DNA of 64,000 nt from Candidatus Omnitrophota bacterium (GTDB lineage Bacteria > Omnitrophota > Gorgyraeia > Duberdicusellales > Duberdicusellaceae), in the NCBI GenBank assembly GCA_016932855.1, contig JAFGCB010000027.1:2721-66720 (forward strand), written 5' to 3'. This document shows positions 8,299 through 20,103 of the stretch, piece after piece. Every line of letters begins with the position of its first letter. Positions within the stretch are counted from its first letter, which is position 1. A program made the translations under genes and the position numbers. Under the pieces are notes generated by a model. That model saw only the letters and a program-made list of their open reading frames with translations, made no database searches and was not told where the DNA came from.

Positions 8299-10755
8299 TC
8301 ATTCATCTTGTTCCTTCTCCGCAATGCGTGCCGACGAAGCAACCAGATCAGCTTTGTCTAAACGTATGAAGCTTACTCCCTGGGTAGCCCTGCCGGAAGT
8401 TCTTATGGTTGCAACTTTACAGCGTATCAAAACCCCTTTTTGGGAAATGGCCATGATTTCATCCTCGGGACCGGTCAAAATCGTAGCTGAAACCTTGCCG
8501 GTTTTCCCGGAAAGCTTGGCTCCGATTATACCCTTGCCTCCTCTTGACTGCAGGCGGTATTCTTTCAAGGCGGTTCTCTTAGCAAAGCCTCTCTCAGTCA
8601 CGCTAAATAAGCAAAATTCGGCTTTTTTCATTGCCGGGGTAACCAGAACCATGCCTAAAACCTTATCGTCTTTAGCAAGAGTAATCCCCTTTACCCCCCG
8701 GGAAGTTCTTCCGGTGGAACGTATCTGCGAAGCCTTGAAGCGGATGGCTTTTCCTTTTTCCGTGGATAAAATAACTTCGTCTTGCGCCTGCTCCACCAGG
8801 CAGGTTTCAATAAGATTATCTTCTCTGTCAAGAGTGATGGCTATGATACCGCTTTTTCTTAAGTTAGAAAAAAGATCGAGCGCGCATCTCTTTATAAGGC
8901 CTCTTTCGGTAGCCATAAGAAGGTAGTTTTCATCCTTAAACTCCTTTACCGAAATTACCGCTGTTATTTTTTCTTTGCTGGAAAGGTTCAAAACGTTAAC
9001 GATGGCCCGGCCCTTGGAAGTCCGGGTTCCTTCAGGAACCTCGTAAGCCTTAAGGCCGTATACTTTTCCGAGGCTGCTGAAAATAAGCAGGGTGTCTTTG
9101 CTAGAAGAAACAAAGAGGTGCTCCACAAAATCCTCATCTCTTGTAGCCATGGCCGTGACGCCTCTGCCGCCGCGTCCTTGCCTGCGATAAGAAGTGACCG
9201 GCATTCTCTTGATATATCCCGAATGAGAAATAGCAATGACTACGTCCTCCTCCACGATCAAGTCCTCTATTTCTATCTCCTCCTTCTCGGCTATAATCTC
9301 CGTCCTGCGGGGATCTTCGAACTTTTCTCTAAGCTCGGCCAGCTCTTTTTTAATAAGATCTTCCTGCTTTTTCTCGGAAGAAAGAATGCTTTTTAAATAC
9401 TCTATTTGTTTAATTAACTCCAGGTACTCTTTGTTGATCTTGTCTCTCTCGAGCGCGGTAAGCCTTTGCAGCTGCATCTCTAAAATTGCCTGGGCCTGAA
9501 TATCGCTTAGGCCGAATTTCTTCATCAGGCTTTCCTTGGCTTCCTTGGGCGACTTGGACTTCTTAATCACCTCCACTACCTTATCTAAAAACTTAAGGGC
9601 TATTTTTAAACCCTCTAGAATGTGGGCTCTTCTCTGGGCTTTCTCGAGCTCGTACTGGCTTCTGCGTACAATAACGTCTTTTCGGTGCTGTATATGGTGC
9701 TGCAGGGCCTGCTTTAAACTCAGAATCTGAGGCCTGTTGTTTACCAGAGCTAAAAAAATCACCCCGAATGTAGTCTCTAGGGTGGTGTGCTTGTATAGCT
9801 GGTTAAGGATTATCCTCGGCTCAGTATCCCTTTTTAGCTCCAAAACGATACGAAGGCCGTCGCGGTCTGACTCGTCTCTTAAATCGCTTATGCCTTCTAT
9901 TTTTTTGGAATTTACCAGATTCGCGATCGACTCCAAGAGGTTGGCCTTGTTAACCTGATAAGGAAGTTCGGTAATGACTATGTATTCACGGGTTTTACCC
10001 TGCTCTATGGTCGCCTTTGCTCTTAAGGTAAGCCGGCCTCTTCCTTCCTCATAAGCCTTTAAAATTTCTTTTTTCCCGCAGATGATTCCGCCGGTAGGAA
10101 AATCCGGGCCCTTTACGATTTTATTCAAGTCCTTAATACCGCATTCGGGATTGTCCAGAAGATACTCCACTGCCTTAAGCACCTCCTCCAGGTTGTGAGG
10201 AGGGATGTTTGTGGCCATGCCAACGGCTATTCCTGATGAGCCGTTGACTAAAAGATTAGGCAGCACCGTAGGCAGGATTAAAGGCTCTTTTAAGGAATTG
10301 TCAAAGTTAGGCACAAAATCCACGGTGTTCTTTTCGATATCTTGAAGCACAAAAGCGGAAATCCTGGAAAGCCTTGCCTCGGTATATCTCATAGCAGCCG
10401 GAGGGTCGCCGTCCAAAGAGCCGAAGTTGCCCTGGCCGTCTATTAAAGTATAGCGCAAAGAAAAATCCTGGGCCATCCTGACCAAGGCGTCGTACACCGC
10501 CATGTCGCCATGAGGATGATATTTTCCCAGGGTCTCTCCTACTATTCGGGCGCATTTTTTATGAGGCTGGCTGTGCTTTATGTTTAAATCTTGCATGGTG
10601 TAAAGGATCCTTCGGTGGACCGGCTTAAGTCCGTCCCTTATGTCGGGCAGGGCCCTGCCTACAATAACGCTCATGGCGTAAGATAAATAGGAATCCTTCA
10701 TCTCTTCTTCCAAATATCGCTCTTCTATTCTTCCTTCGTTATTCAGTTCATTCAT
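8299..10755 (-). CDS. gyrA: DNA gyrase subunit A
   Basis: [22 protein letters not shown] catalytic Tyr, GyrA-box QGRGGRG. Confidence 0.97.
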   Translation of the reverse strand: MNELNNEGRIEERYLEEEMKDSYLSYAMSVIVGRALPDIRDGLKPVHRRILYTMQDLNIKHSQPHKKCARIVGETLGKYHPHGDMAVYDALVRMAQDFSLRYTLIDGQGNFGSLDGDPPAAMRYTEARLSRISAFVLQDIEKNTVDFVPNFDNSLKEPLILPTVLPNLLVNGSSGIAVGMATNIPPHNLEEVLKAVEYLLDNPECGIKDLNKIVKGPDFPTGGIICGKKEILKAYEEGRGRLTLRAKATIEQGKTREYIVITELPYQVNKANLLESIANLVNSKKIEGISDLRDESDRDGLRIVLELKRDTEPRIILNQLYKHTTLETTFGVIFLALVNNRPQILSLKQALQHHIQHRKDVIVRRSQYELEKAQRRAHILEGLKIALKFLDKVVEVIKKSKSPKEAKESLMKKFGLSDIQAQAILEMQLQRLTALERDKINKEYLELIKQIEYLKSILSSEKKQEDLIKKELAELREKFEDPRRTEIIAEKEEIEIEDLIVEEDVVIAISHSGYIKRMPVTSYRRQGRGGRGVTAMATRDEDFVEHLFVSSSKDTLLIFSSLGKVYGLKAYEVPEGTRTSKGRAIVNVLNLSSKEKITAVISVKEFKDENYLLMATERGLIKRCALDLFSNLRKSGIIAITLDREDNLIETCLVEQAQDEVILSTEKGKAIRFKASQIRSTGRTSRGVKGITLAKDDKVLGMVLVTPAMKKAEFCLFSVTERGFAKRTALKEYRLQSRGGKGIIGAKLSGKTGKVSATILTGPEDEIMAISQKGVLIRCKVATIRTSGRATQGVSFIRLDKADLVASSARIAEKEQDE

Positions 10756-10761
10756 GGTTCT

Positions 10762-13140
<2,379 letters not shown>

Positions 13141-13407
13141 TTATTGAGCTCCTATTTTAAACACTAAAGATTTAAACCGTATCTTCTTTTTTTCCAAACA
13201 CTTTAAAAGACCGCTTTTTTTTAAATTAAACTCGTAAAGGGCCGACGACGAGTCCAAATATAGAAATAGCGTGTTTTTATAGTTTCTAGTGCTTATTATA
13301 TGTTTATATTCCTGGGCCGACAAGCATTCTTTAAGATGGGCCTTCAAAAATTCCGCGCTTTTAGCCTGGTTTAAAACTTTTTTTAAAGAAAAGGAAATGT
13401 TGCCCAT
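13141..13407 (-). CDS. DUF721/DciA-like protein
   Basis: 88 aa between dnaN and gyrB; LFLYLDSSSALYEFNLKKSGLL resembles the DUF721 core. Confidence 0.6.
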   Translation of the reverse strand: MGNISFSLKKVLNQAKSAEFLKAHLKECLSAQEYKHIISTRNYKNTLFLYLDSSSALYEFNLKKSGLLKCLEKKKIRFKSLVFKIGAQ

Positions 13408-13425
13408 CTACCGTTAAACAAAAGT

Positions 13426-13500
13426 TTTACGAATCCCTGCGAATATTACTAACGGTTTTTAAAATCATTTGTATATTCGTAATAAATTCGTAATTCGTAT
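13426..13500. repeat. ACGAAT/ATTCGT short-unit imperfect hairpin
   Basis: TTTACGAAT CCCTGCGAAT ATTACTAAC ... ATTTGTAT ATTCGTAATAA ATTCGTA ATTCGTA. Confidence 0.7.
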
Positions 13501-13503
13501 GAA

Positions 13504-14604
13504 CTAGGTTAGCCTCATCGGCAAGGCCAAGTAAATATACCCGTTATTTCTTAAAACCAAGGGTTTCTCGGGATCGTAAAGATCCAGTGATACTTCGTCT
13601 TCCTCGACCACCTTTAGGACGTCTTTTAGGTAGTCGGGGTTAAACCCCAAGGTGATGTTTTTTCCTTTGTAATCGACATCTATCTCCTCTTTATATTCAC
13701 CGAGCTGGGGGGTTGCTTTGGATACCATTAATTTGTTTTTGCTGACCTCTAGCTTAACGCTGTAATATTCGGGGGCGCTTAACACGCTTGCGCGTTTTAG
13801 GGAAGATAAAAACTTCTCCCTGTCTATTTTTAGTTTGTGCTCAGCTTCTTTGGGGATGTATTTTTTATATTCGGGGAACTCTCCTTCTATAAGCTGGGTA
13901 ATTATTTGGGTATCCTTTAAATCAAATCCAATCTGGTTTTTGCCAATAACAAGGAGTAGCTCCTGCTCTGATTCCTTAATAAGTTTGCTTAGCTCTATTA
14001 TGGCTTTGTGGGGTATAATAAAGGTTTTTCTAGTGTTTAATTCGGGTTGGTTGGAAGGTAGGGCCCTTTCTATCGAAGAAAGTCTTTTGGTGTCTGAGGA
14101 GGTTAACCTTATTTTATTCTTTTCTATTTCGCAAAAAATACCGCTTAAAACATAGTTTCCCTCGCCTACAAAAACAGAAAAAGAGGAAAACTTTATCATT
14201 TCTCCAAGTATTTCCGGGCTTAATTTAATAACCTCCTTATCTTTAAGGGTTGGGGGTTTAGGAAACTCTTGAGGATCAATGATATTTAGCTTTAATTCAC
14301 AATTTTCACAGGTTATCCACAAGAAGTTTTTTTGAAGTTTAAGAGTTACTTCTACCGAAGATAATTCCTTTAAAATCGATAGAAATTTAGTTAAAGATAC
14401 ACAAAAACTGGCCTTAATGTCTTGGCTTATTTCCAGATATGAAATAATGGTTAATTCCAAATCCGTGGCGGTAACTTTCATTTTTTTATCTGAAAAATCT
14501 ATTAGAACGGTTGAAAGAATCGGAAAGTTTGTTTTACTGACCGTAGGTGAAATAGTTTTGTGTAACAGGTTTATTAACAGCTTTCTATCTAATACTATAT
14601 TCAT
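13504..14604 (-). CDS. dnaN: DNA polymerase III beta clamp
   Basis: PILSTVL, ATDLE, SSDTKRLS, LIEGEFPEY, GFNPDYL, C-terminal LPMRL. Confidence 0.95.
   Translation of the reverse strand: MNIVLDRKLLINLLHKTISPTVSKTNFPILSTVLIDFSDKKMKVTATDLELTIISYLEISQDIKASFCVSLTKFLSILKELSSVEVTLKLQKNFLWITCENCELKLNIIDPQEFPKPPTLKDKEVIKLSPEILGEMIKFSSFSVFVGEGNYVLSGIFCEIEKNKIRLTSSDTKRLSSIERALPSNQPELNTRKTFIIPHKAIIELSKLIKESEQELLLVIGKNQIGFDLKDTQIITQLIEGEFPEYKKYIPKEAEHKLKIDREKFLSSLKRASVLSAPEYYSVKLEVSKNKLMVSKATPQLGEYKEEIDVDYKGKNITLGFNPDYLKDVLKVVEEDEVSLDLYDPEKPLVLRNNGYIYLALPMRLT
14293..14321. promoter_or_regulatory. Three tandem DnaA-box-like 9-mers inside dnaN
   Basis: TAATTCACA (14293-14301), ATTTTCACA (14302-14310), perfect TTATCCACA (14313-14321). 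Confidence 0.55.
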
Positions 14605-14711
14605 ATAACCTCCTAGTAATAATAGAAGTATGGTTGTGAATTAATCGAAGAACTTATATTTCCTAAACCAACCCTACCAAAAAACATATTTTAAAAGTGA
14701 GTAAACTGTGT
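14605..14711. other. Probable oriC unwinding region (DnaA box plus DnaA-trios)
   Basis: Minus strand TAATTCACA-ACCA-TACTTCTATTATTACTAG then GGAGG of dnaN; AT-rich dnaA-dnaN spacer; gene orientation flips nearby. Confidence 0.7.
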
Positions 14712-16025
14712 TTATTGGTGAATATGTTGTTTAAGACTGTCTATTACGTTTTTTAAAGAAGGATCCTTGTTTAATTTTTCTTTTATCTGTTTATGTGCGT
14801 AAAGAACGGTTGTGTGGTGTTTCGCTCCCAGAAACAAACCTATCTCCGGAAGCGAGTAATTAGTCAGCTCTCTTAATAGATACATAGCGATTTGTTTGGG
14901 TAAAACTATATTTTTGTTTCTCTTCTTCGATTTTAAGTCCGCTTTCGATAGGTTAAAATAATCAGCGGTTTTTTCCAGAATGGTTTCGATATCCAGCTTC
15001 TTGTTTTTTTGCCCCAAAACATCCCTTAACACATTTTTAGCCATATCCAAAGATATGGGTTTATTCTCTATTAAGGAATAGGCCATAATCCGGACCAAAG
15101 CCCCCTCCAATTCCCTTGTGTTATTGGTGATGTTTTCAGCAATATAAACCAAAACCTCATCCTCTATTTTTATCGGCTCTTTTTCTATTTTTTTCTTTAA
15201 TATAGCGACCCTTGTTTCCAAATCCGGAGGCTGAACGTCGACTATCAAGCCCCAACAGAAACGCGAAACCAACCTTTCCTCTAGATTAGGTATTTCTTTC
15301 GGGGGCCTGTCAGATGACATAATAATTTGTTTATGGTTGTCGTAGAGAACATTAAAGGTATGAAAGAATTCTTCCTGAGTGGCGTCTTTGCCGGCGATAA
15401 AATGAACGTCGTCTATAAGGAGAATATCGATATTGCGGTATTTCTGACGGAACTTTTCCGTGCTTCGATTCTGGATTGACCCTATCAATTCATTAGTGAA
15501 GCGCTCCGAAGAAATATACTTAACCCTGGCATTGTTTTTTTTAAGGGCATCCTGGGCGATCGCTTGTATAAGGTGGGTTTTGCCCAAACCAACCTTCCCA
15601 TAGATAAAAAAAGGATTATAGATTCTTCCCGGTGCATCAGATACCGCCCTCGAGGCAGCGTAAGCCAGGTGATTGGAGGGGCCGACGACAAAACTTTCGA
15701 AACTAAATCTGGGGTTTAGTTTAAGCGAGTCCAAGGGCTCATCTTTAAATTTAGCATGGATTTTCCGAAAAACAGTATGGGTCTTTTTCTGAAGAAGCCG
15801 GGGGTTTACCTCCAAGGTAATCTGGTCCTCCACCCCCAGTTCTTTAAGGATACCCGAAACAACTTCGCAGTAGTGAGCCTCAATCCAGTCTTTAAAGAAG
15901 ACGTCGGGGACTTCGGCAATCACTTTGTTGCCTTGCCAGCTCTTAAGTTGTATAGGCGAAAACCAGGTTTCAAAAGTGGTTTTACCGACTTTTTCTTTTA
16001 CCTTTTCCTGAAATTGAGCCCACAT
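14712..16025 (-). CDS. dnaA: Chromosomal replication initiator DnaA
   Basis: FETWF, YNPFFIYGKVGLGKTHL, LLIDDVHF, QEEFFHTFN, RELEGAL, HHTTVLYA. Confidence 0.97.
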   Translation of the reverse strand: MWAQFQEKVKEKVGKTTFETWFSPIQLKSWQGNKVIAEVPDVFFKDWIEAHYCEVVSGILKELGVEDQITLEVNPRLLQKKTHTVFRKIHAKFKDEPLDSLKLNPRFSFESFVVGPSNHLAYAASRAVSDAPGRIYNPFFIYGKVGLGKTHLIQAIAQDALKKNNARVKYISSERFTNELIGSIQNRSTEKFRQKYRNIDILLIDDVHFIAGKDATQEEFFHTFNVLYDNHKQIIMSSDRPPKEIPNLEERLVSRFCWGLIVDVQPPDLETRVAILKKKIEKEPIKIEDEVLVYIAENITNNTRELEGALVRIMAYSLIENKPISLDMAKNVLRDVLGQKNKKLDIETILEKTADYFNLSKADLKSKKRNKNIVLPKQIAMYLLRELTNYSLPEIGLFLGAKHHTTVLYAHKQIKEKLNKDPSLKNVIDSLKQHIHQ

Positions 16026-16167
16026 AATAAAATTAAAATTTTATAGATAAAAATAAAAGCAAGAACTGTTTCGACTTACGCTTAAAGCTTGCCTTAAGCA
16101 GCTTTGCGAGACAGCGCATGACCGCGAATATAAACTGCCTTAGGGAAATTGTTCGAAAGGATAAATT

Positions 16168-16195
16168 ATTATACTTAGCTTCTTATTTTTTTCAA
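16168..16195 (-). promoter_or_regulatory. Sigma70-type promoter of dnaA
   Basis: TTGAAA-16 bp-TATAAT on the minus strand. Confidence 0.55.
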
Positions 16196-16306
16196 GAGAA
16201 TTCTTATCAAAAAATTTCCTGAAGAGAAAAATATTCAGGTTCCCGGCCCCGAGGCAAAAAAATTTTCTACTCCGGCAAAAAACAGCTAAACCCGGTATCA
16301 AAACAC

Positions 16307-16334
16307 TTGACAGAGAAATTACCTGTGTTAGAAT
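16307..16334 (+). promoter_or_regulatory. Sigma70-type promoter of rpmH
   Basis: TTGACA-16 bp-TAGAAT with extended TG. Confidence 0.6.
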
Positions 16335-16342
16335 TTGTACTT

Positions 16343-16480
16343 ATGAAAAAGAGCTTTTCTACCCCGACAATTTTAAAAGGTAAAAGAAAACACGGTTTTC
16401 GCAAAAGAATGCGTACAAAATCAGGACGGGACACCCTTGCTCGCAGACGGAAAAAAGGTAGAAAAAGGCTTACAGTTTAA
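16343..16480 (+). CDS. rpmH: 50S ribosomal protein bL34
   Basis: Manual translation [45 protein letters not shown]; below the ORF-track cutoff. Confidence 0.95.
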   Translation: MKKSFSTPTILKGKRKHGFRKRMRTKSGRDTLARRRKKGRKRLTV

Positions 16481-16535
16481 GTCCAACCCAAGAAGCCTTT
16501 CAAAAACATCAGGAAAGTCTTCAAAAGCGCTGTTA

Positions 16536-16748
16536 ATGATTAAAAGGCCGTTAATCGCTTTAATAAAATTTTACCAGGGTAATTTGCGGGTTTTTTTTCC
16601 GGCGAGTTGCCGCTTTTTTCCCTCCTGTTCGGATTACGCTCTGGAATCTTTACATAACTATATCTTGCCCAAAGCGTTACTAAAAATTTTTTTTAGGATT
16701 ATCCGCTGTAATCCTTTCTTCCCCGGCGGCCATGACCCGCTTCGATAA
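16536..16748 (+). CDS. yidD: Membrane protein insertion efficiency factor
   Basis: CRFFPSCSDY, RIIRCNPFFPGGHDP; start moved to ATG 16536. Confidence 0.92.
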   Translation: MIKRPLIALIKFYQGNLRVFFPASCRFFPSCSDYALESLHNYILPKALLKIFFRIIRCNPFFPGGHDPLR

Positions 16749-16814
16749 AGAATATTTAAAAGGAGATGCGGGCCAAACCCAACATGGTTTTTAATTTTAG
16801 AAAGGCAGCTTAAA

Positions 16815-18329
16815 ATGAATAACGAAAAGCGACTCTTCCTGTTTCTTGCCTTGTCTTTACTAATCCTCCTTTTTTTCAGCCGTTTTTATTCTCAGCAGGC
16901 ACCTGCTCCGTCACCTAAAGAATCGCGGGATATTTCTCAGGATTCCCGATTTCCGGCAGTCGGGCAAAAGGCTGTCGATGATAAATTAGCAGGCAGCCTT
17001 GTTCTGCCCGAGGATCGTAACACCGTTGACTTCGAGACAGAAGAATATATAGTAACAATCTGCCTTACAGGGGGTTACATTAAGCAAGTTCTGATAAAAG
17101 AATATGAGGAGATACTCCTCTACCAGGATTTTTTAGTGGTTGGGGATTATATCGAAAAAGAATTTCAGCTGGAACGAATACCCGAAGGATTCAGACTGGT
17201 TTGCGGACCGCAAGATAGCCAGATAATTAAAGAAGTTAGATTTGTAAAGCCTTACGCCTGGCGAGTTGTTATAAAGAGCCCCACCCCTTTTAATCAGGTA
17301 GGGTTATTAAGCCAGAAACAAGAGAAAGACAGATTTTTCGGCCGATATCAAGAATTTTTTTACCGCAAAGACCTAATGACCCGGCTGGGCTGGGGAAAAC
17401 TAAAAAACCCAATTGTCTTATCGGATATTTCTGTATTAGGAGCTCGAGATCGATATTATGCCGCCACTTTGTTTGATTTTTCGGGCGGAAGCTATATACT
17501 TAGTGCGGCTAATAGCAAGGCTTCCATTGTTTGGAGGCCTGAATCCGCTTCTTATTTTGAGGCCAGCTTATTCCTTGGCCCGCAAAAGAAAGAATATATG
17601 CAACATTATGATATACAAGATGTTATAAACTTTGGCTTTTTCCATAGCATAGCAATGGTGATTTTAAATATCCTCCACTTCTTCTTTTCAATATTTAAAA
17701 ATTGGGGCTTAAGCATAATTATTTTTAGTATACTTATTTATGTTGTGTTCTTCCCGTTGACATTTAGAAGCAGCAAATCCATGAAAGAAATGCGGGAGTT
17801 TCAATCTGACCACAAGGCTGAAGTAGAAAAATTACGAGAGAAATATAAAGATCAGCCTCAAAAACTTCACCAGGCAACCTTGGAATTATATAAAAAATAC
17901 GGATTTAATCCCTTGAAGGGTTGCTCAAGCGGATGCCTGCCTTTATTTTTCCAAATACCTGTAATCTGGGCTCTTTGGGGCGTAATCCCCCGCGCTTTGG
18001 AATTTAAAGGAGCTAATTTTTTATGGATAAAAGATTTGTCCCTTCCCGATAAGGCATTTTGCCTTTCTTTTGATTTGCCTTTTTTAGGTAACTGCATAAA
18101 CATACTCCCCTTGCTTACCGCAGTTATTATGTATGTCCAAATGAAATTCACCAGCCCGGAAGTCGACCCTACTCAAGCCCAGCAGCAAAAGATAATGTCT
18201 TTAATCTTTCCCGTAATGATGGGCTTCATTTTTTATCAATTGCCATCAGCTCTTTTGCTTTACTGGTTTACTAATAGTGTCCTTACTTTTCTTTCCCAGT
18301 GGCACATAATGAAAGCCAAAGCTTCCTGA
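16815..18329 (+). CDS. yidC: Membrane protein insertase
   Basis: N-terminal TM, periplasmic domain, NWGLSII, GCLPLFFQIP, FLWIKDLS, LYWFTNS. Confidence 0.95.
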   Translation: MNNEKRLFLFLALSLLILLFFSRFYSQQAPAPSPKESRDISQDSRFPAVGQKAVDDKLAGSLVLPEDRNTVDFETEEYIVTICLTGGYIKQVLIKEYEEILLYQDFLVVGDYIEKEFQLERIPEGFRLVCGPQDSQIIKEVRFVKPYAWRVVIKSPTPFNQVGLLSQKQEKDRFFGRYQEFFYRKDLMTRLGWGKLKNPIVLSDISVLGARDRYYAATLFDFSGGSYILSAANSKASIVWRPESASYFEASLFLGPQKKEYMQHYDIQDVINFGFFHSIAMVILNILHFFFSIFKNWGLSIIIFSILIYVVFFPLTFRSSKSMKEMREFQSDHKAEVEKLREKYKDQPQKLHQATLELYKKYGFNPLKGCSSGCLPLFFQIPVIWALWGVIPRALEFKGANFLWIKDLSLPDKAFCLSFDLPFLGNCINILPLLTAVIMYVQMKFTSPEVDPTQAQQQKIMSLIFPVMMGFIFYQLPSALLLYWFTNSVLTFLSQWHIMKAKAS

Positions 18330-18363
18330 AGTTGCCGTATATGTTTAACATTTCAATGATACG

Positions 18364-18379
18364 GTTTTCACGTGAAACA
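18364..18379. promoter_or_regulatory. parS site 1
   Basis: GTTTTCACGTGAAACA versus consensus TGTTTCACGTGAAACA; upstream of parAB. Confidence 0.9.
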
Positions 18380-18396
18380 TTTCAGATATAATTCTA

Positions 18397-18425
18397 TTGA
18401 CAAGATTGGGCAAACAATATAAAAT
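18397..18425 (+). promoter_or_regulatory. parAB promoter
   Basis: TTGACA-17 bp-TAAAAT between the two parS sites. Confidence 0.7.
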
Positions 18426-18449
18426 GTAGAATAACATCTTTAAATAGAT

Positions 18450-18465
18450 GTTTTCACGTGAAACA
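18450..18465. promoter_or_regulatory. parS site 2
   Basis: GTTTTCACGTGAAACA, identical to site 1. Confidence 0.9.
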
Positions 18466-18485
18466 AGGTCATTTTAATTCTTTGT

Positions 18486-19349
18486 ATGGGCAAGATAATT
18501 GCATTCTGTAATCAAAAAGGTGGTACAGGCAAAACTACCAGTATTGTGAATCTAGCTAGTTTTTTTGCTTTGGCTGGCAAGAAAACCCTTTTGATTGACA
18601 TAGACCCCCAGGGCAATGCCAGTAGCGGTTTAGGCCTAGACAAAGACAGCTTTGAGAATACTAGTTACGAAATATTTACTCAAAATATCCCGCCTGAAAG
18701 AGGAATTTACCATACCAAAATCAGATATTTATACGCGATTCCTGCCAACCCATCTTTGGCTGGAGCAGAAATAGAGCTTGTTCAGCTGGAAAACAGAGAG
18801 TTTCGCTTAAGAGAAATTATCAGTAAGGTAAAGGAAAACTTTGAATATATTCTAATAGACGCGCCGCCGTCGCTAGGCCTTTTAACCATCAATATCTTAG
18901 TTGCCAGTGACAGTGTCATTATTCCTATTCAGTGTGAGTATTATGCCTTAGAAGGACTGTCCAGACTTTTTCAAACTCTAGACTTAGTCAGGGAAAGACT
19001 GAATCCGGATTTGGAAATAGAAGGAGTGCTTCTTACCATGGCTGATTTCAGAACCCGTCTTACTTTTCAAGTTATAGATGAGGTAAAGAAGTTTTTCAAG
19101 GAAAAAGTTTATCAGACCATTATTCCAAGAAATATTCGTTTGTCCGAAGCCCCGAGTTTTGGGAAGCCCATTTATTTTTATGAGCCGCTTTCTACAGGGG
19201 CCAAGGCTTATTTTAATTTAGCCTGCGAGATATTGAAAGAAGAAATAAAAGGAGTGTATGATGGAGAAGAGAGCATTAGGCAGAGGGTTGGAAGCTTTGA
19301 TACCCAAGAAAGAAACTCTGCCGATCCAGAGAGAATACGTCTATATTGA
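18486..19349 (+). CDS. parA: Chromosome partitioning ATPase ParA/Soj
   Basis: NQKGGTGKTT deviant Walker A, DIDPQGNAS, IDAPPSLG, IPRNIRLSEAPSFG. Confidence 0.96.
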   Translation: MGKIIAFCNQKGGTGKTTSIVNLASFFALAGKKTLLIDIDPQGNASSGLGLDKDSFENTSYEIFTQNIPPERGIYHTKIRYLYAIPANPSLAGAEIELVQLENREFRLREIISKVKENFEYILIDAPPSLGLLTINILVASDSVIIPIQCEYYALEGLSRLFQTLDLVRERLNPDLEIEGVLLTMADFRTRLTFQVIDEVKKFFKEKVYQTIIPRNIRLSEAPSFGKPIYFYEPLSTGAKAYFNLACEILKEEIKGVYDGEESIRQRVGSFDTQERNSADPERIRLY

Positions 19350-20085
19350 GATTGATAGGCTCAAGCCCAGCGCATATCAGTCTCGAACCGATCTAAGAGA
19401 GAAGGAGCTGAAAGAATTAGCAGAGTCCATAAAAAAGCAGGGGATTATTCAGCCCTTGATTGTAAGAAAGAAGGATGACTATTTCGAAATCGTTGCCGGA
19501 AGCAGAAGGTATTATGCATCTAAGTTATTGGGGCTCAAACGTTTACCTGTTGTAATAAGGGATCTGGCTGATAAAGACACTTTGGTTTTTTCAGTTATTG
19601 AAAATTTGCAGCGTCAAGATTTGAACCCCATAGAGGAAGCCCAGAGCTTTAAAAGACTGGTGGAGGAGTTCGGTATATCAACCGAAGAAGTGAGTCATAT
19701 TTTAGGCAAAGACCGCACTACAATAATTAATCTGTTAAGATTGCTTAAGCTGCCCGATGTAATTCAGGAAGCCTTGCGTGCGGAAAGAATTACTGCTTCA
19801 CAGGGCAGGACCTTGCTCGGCCTGGAAACCGAGAGGGAGCAGCTGGAGTTGTTTGAAAGGCTTTTGAAAGAGAAAGTTTCGGTAAGGACGCTGGAGGAGG
19901 CCGTAAGAAGGAAAAGAAGGAAAAGAAAACCCATTGAACCCTATCTAAAAGAAGCCGAGGATAATCTCCAAAAAGCTCTGGGAAGAAAGATAAAAATTAT
20001 CCCTCAAGGAAAAAAAGGGCGGTTGGTCCTGGAATATTATTCTCAAGAGGACCTGGAAAACTTGATAAACCGCATATCCGGCTAA
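19258..20085 (+). CDS. parB: Chromosome partitioning protein ParB/Spo0J
   Basis: ALGRGLEALI, GIIQPLIVR, IVAGSRR, ENLQRQDLNPIEEA, HTH. Confidence 0.95.
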   Translation: MMEKRALGRGLEALIPKKETLPIQREYVYIEIDRLKPSAYQSRTDLREKELKELAESIKKQGIIQPLIVRKKDDYFEIVAGSRRYYASKLLGLKRLPVVIRDLADKDTLVFSVIENLQRQDLNPIEEAQSFKRLVEEFGISTEEVSHILGKDRTTIINLLRLLKLPDVIQEALRAERITASQGRTLLGLETEREQLELFERLLKEKVSVRTLEEAVRRKRRKRKPIEPYLKEAEDNLQKALGRKIKIIPQGKKGRLVLEYYSQEDLENLINRISG

Positions 20086-20103
20086 AAACAGAAATTAATT
20101 AAC

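Noticed and set aside
8324-8926. 200-aa plus-strand ORF
   Set aside because: Antisense shadow of gyrA with no recognisable motifs; the same applies to the many antisense ORFs over dxs, rny, gyrB, carB and the ATPase genes
13408-13503. recF pseudogene between dnaN and the DUF721 gene
   Set aside because: Only 96 bp, occupied by a short-unit hairpin, with no RecF-like coding remnant
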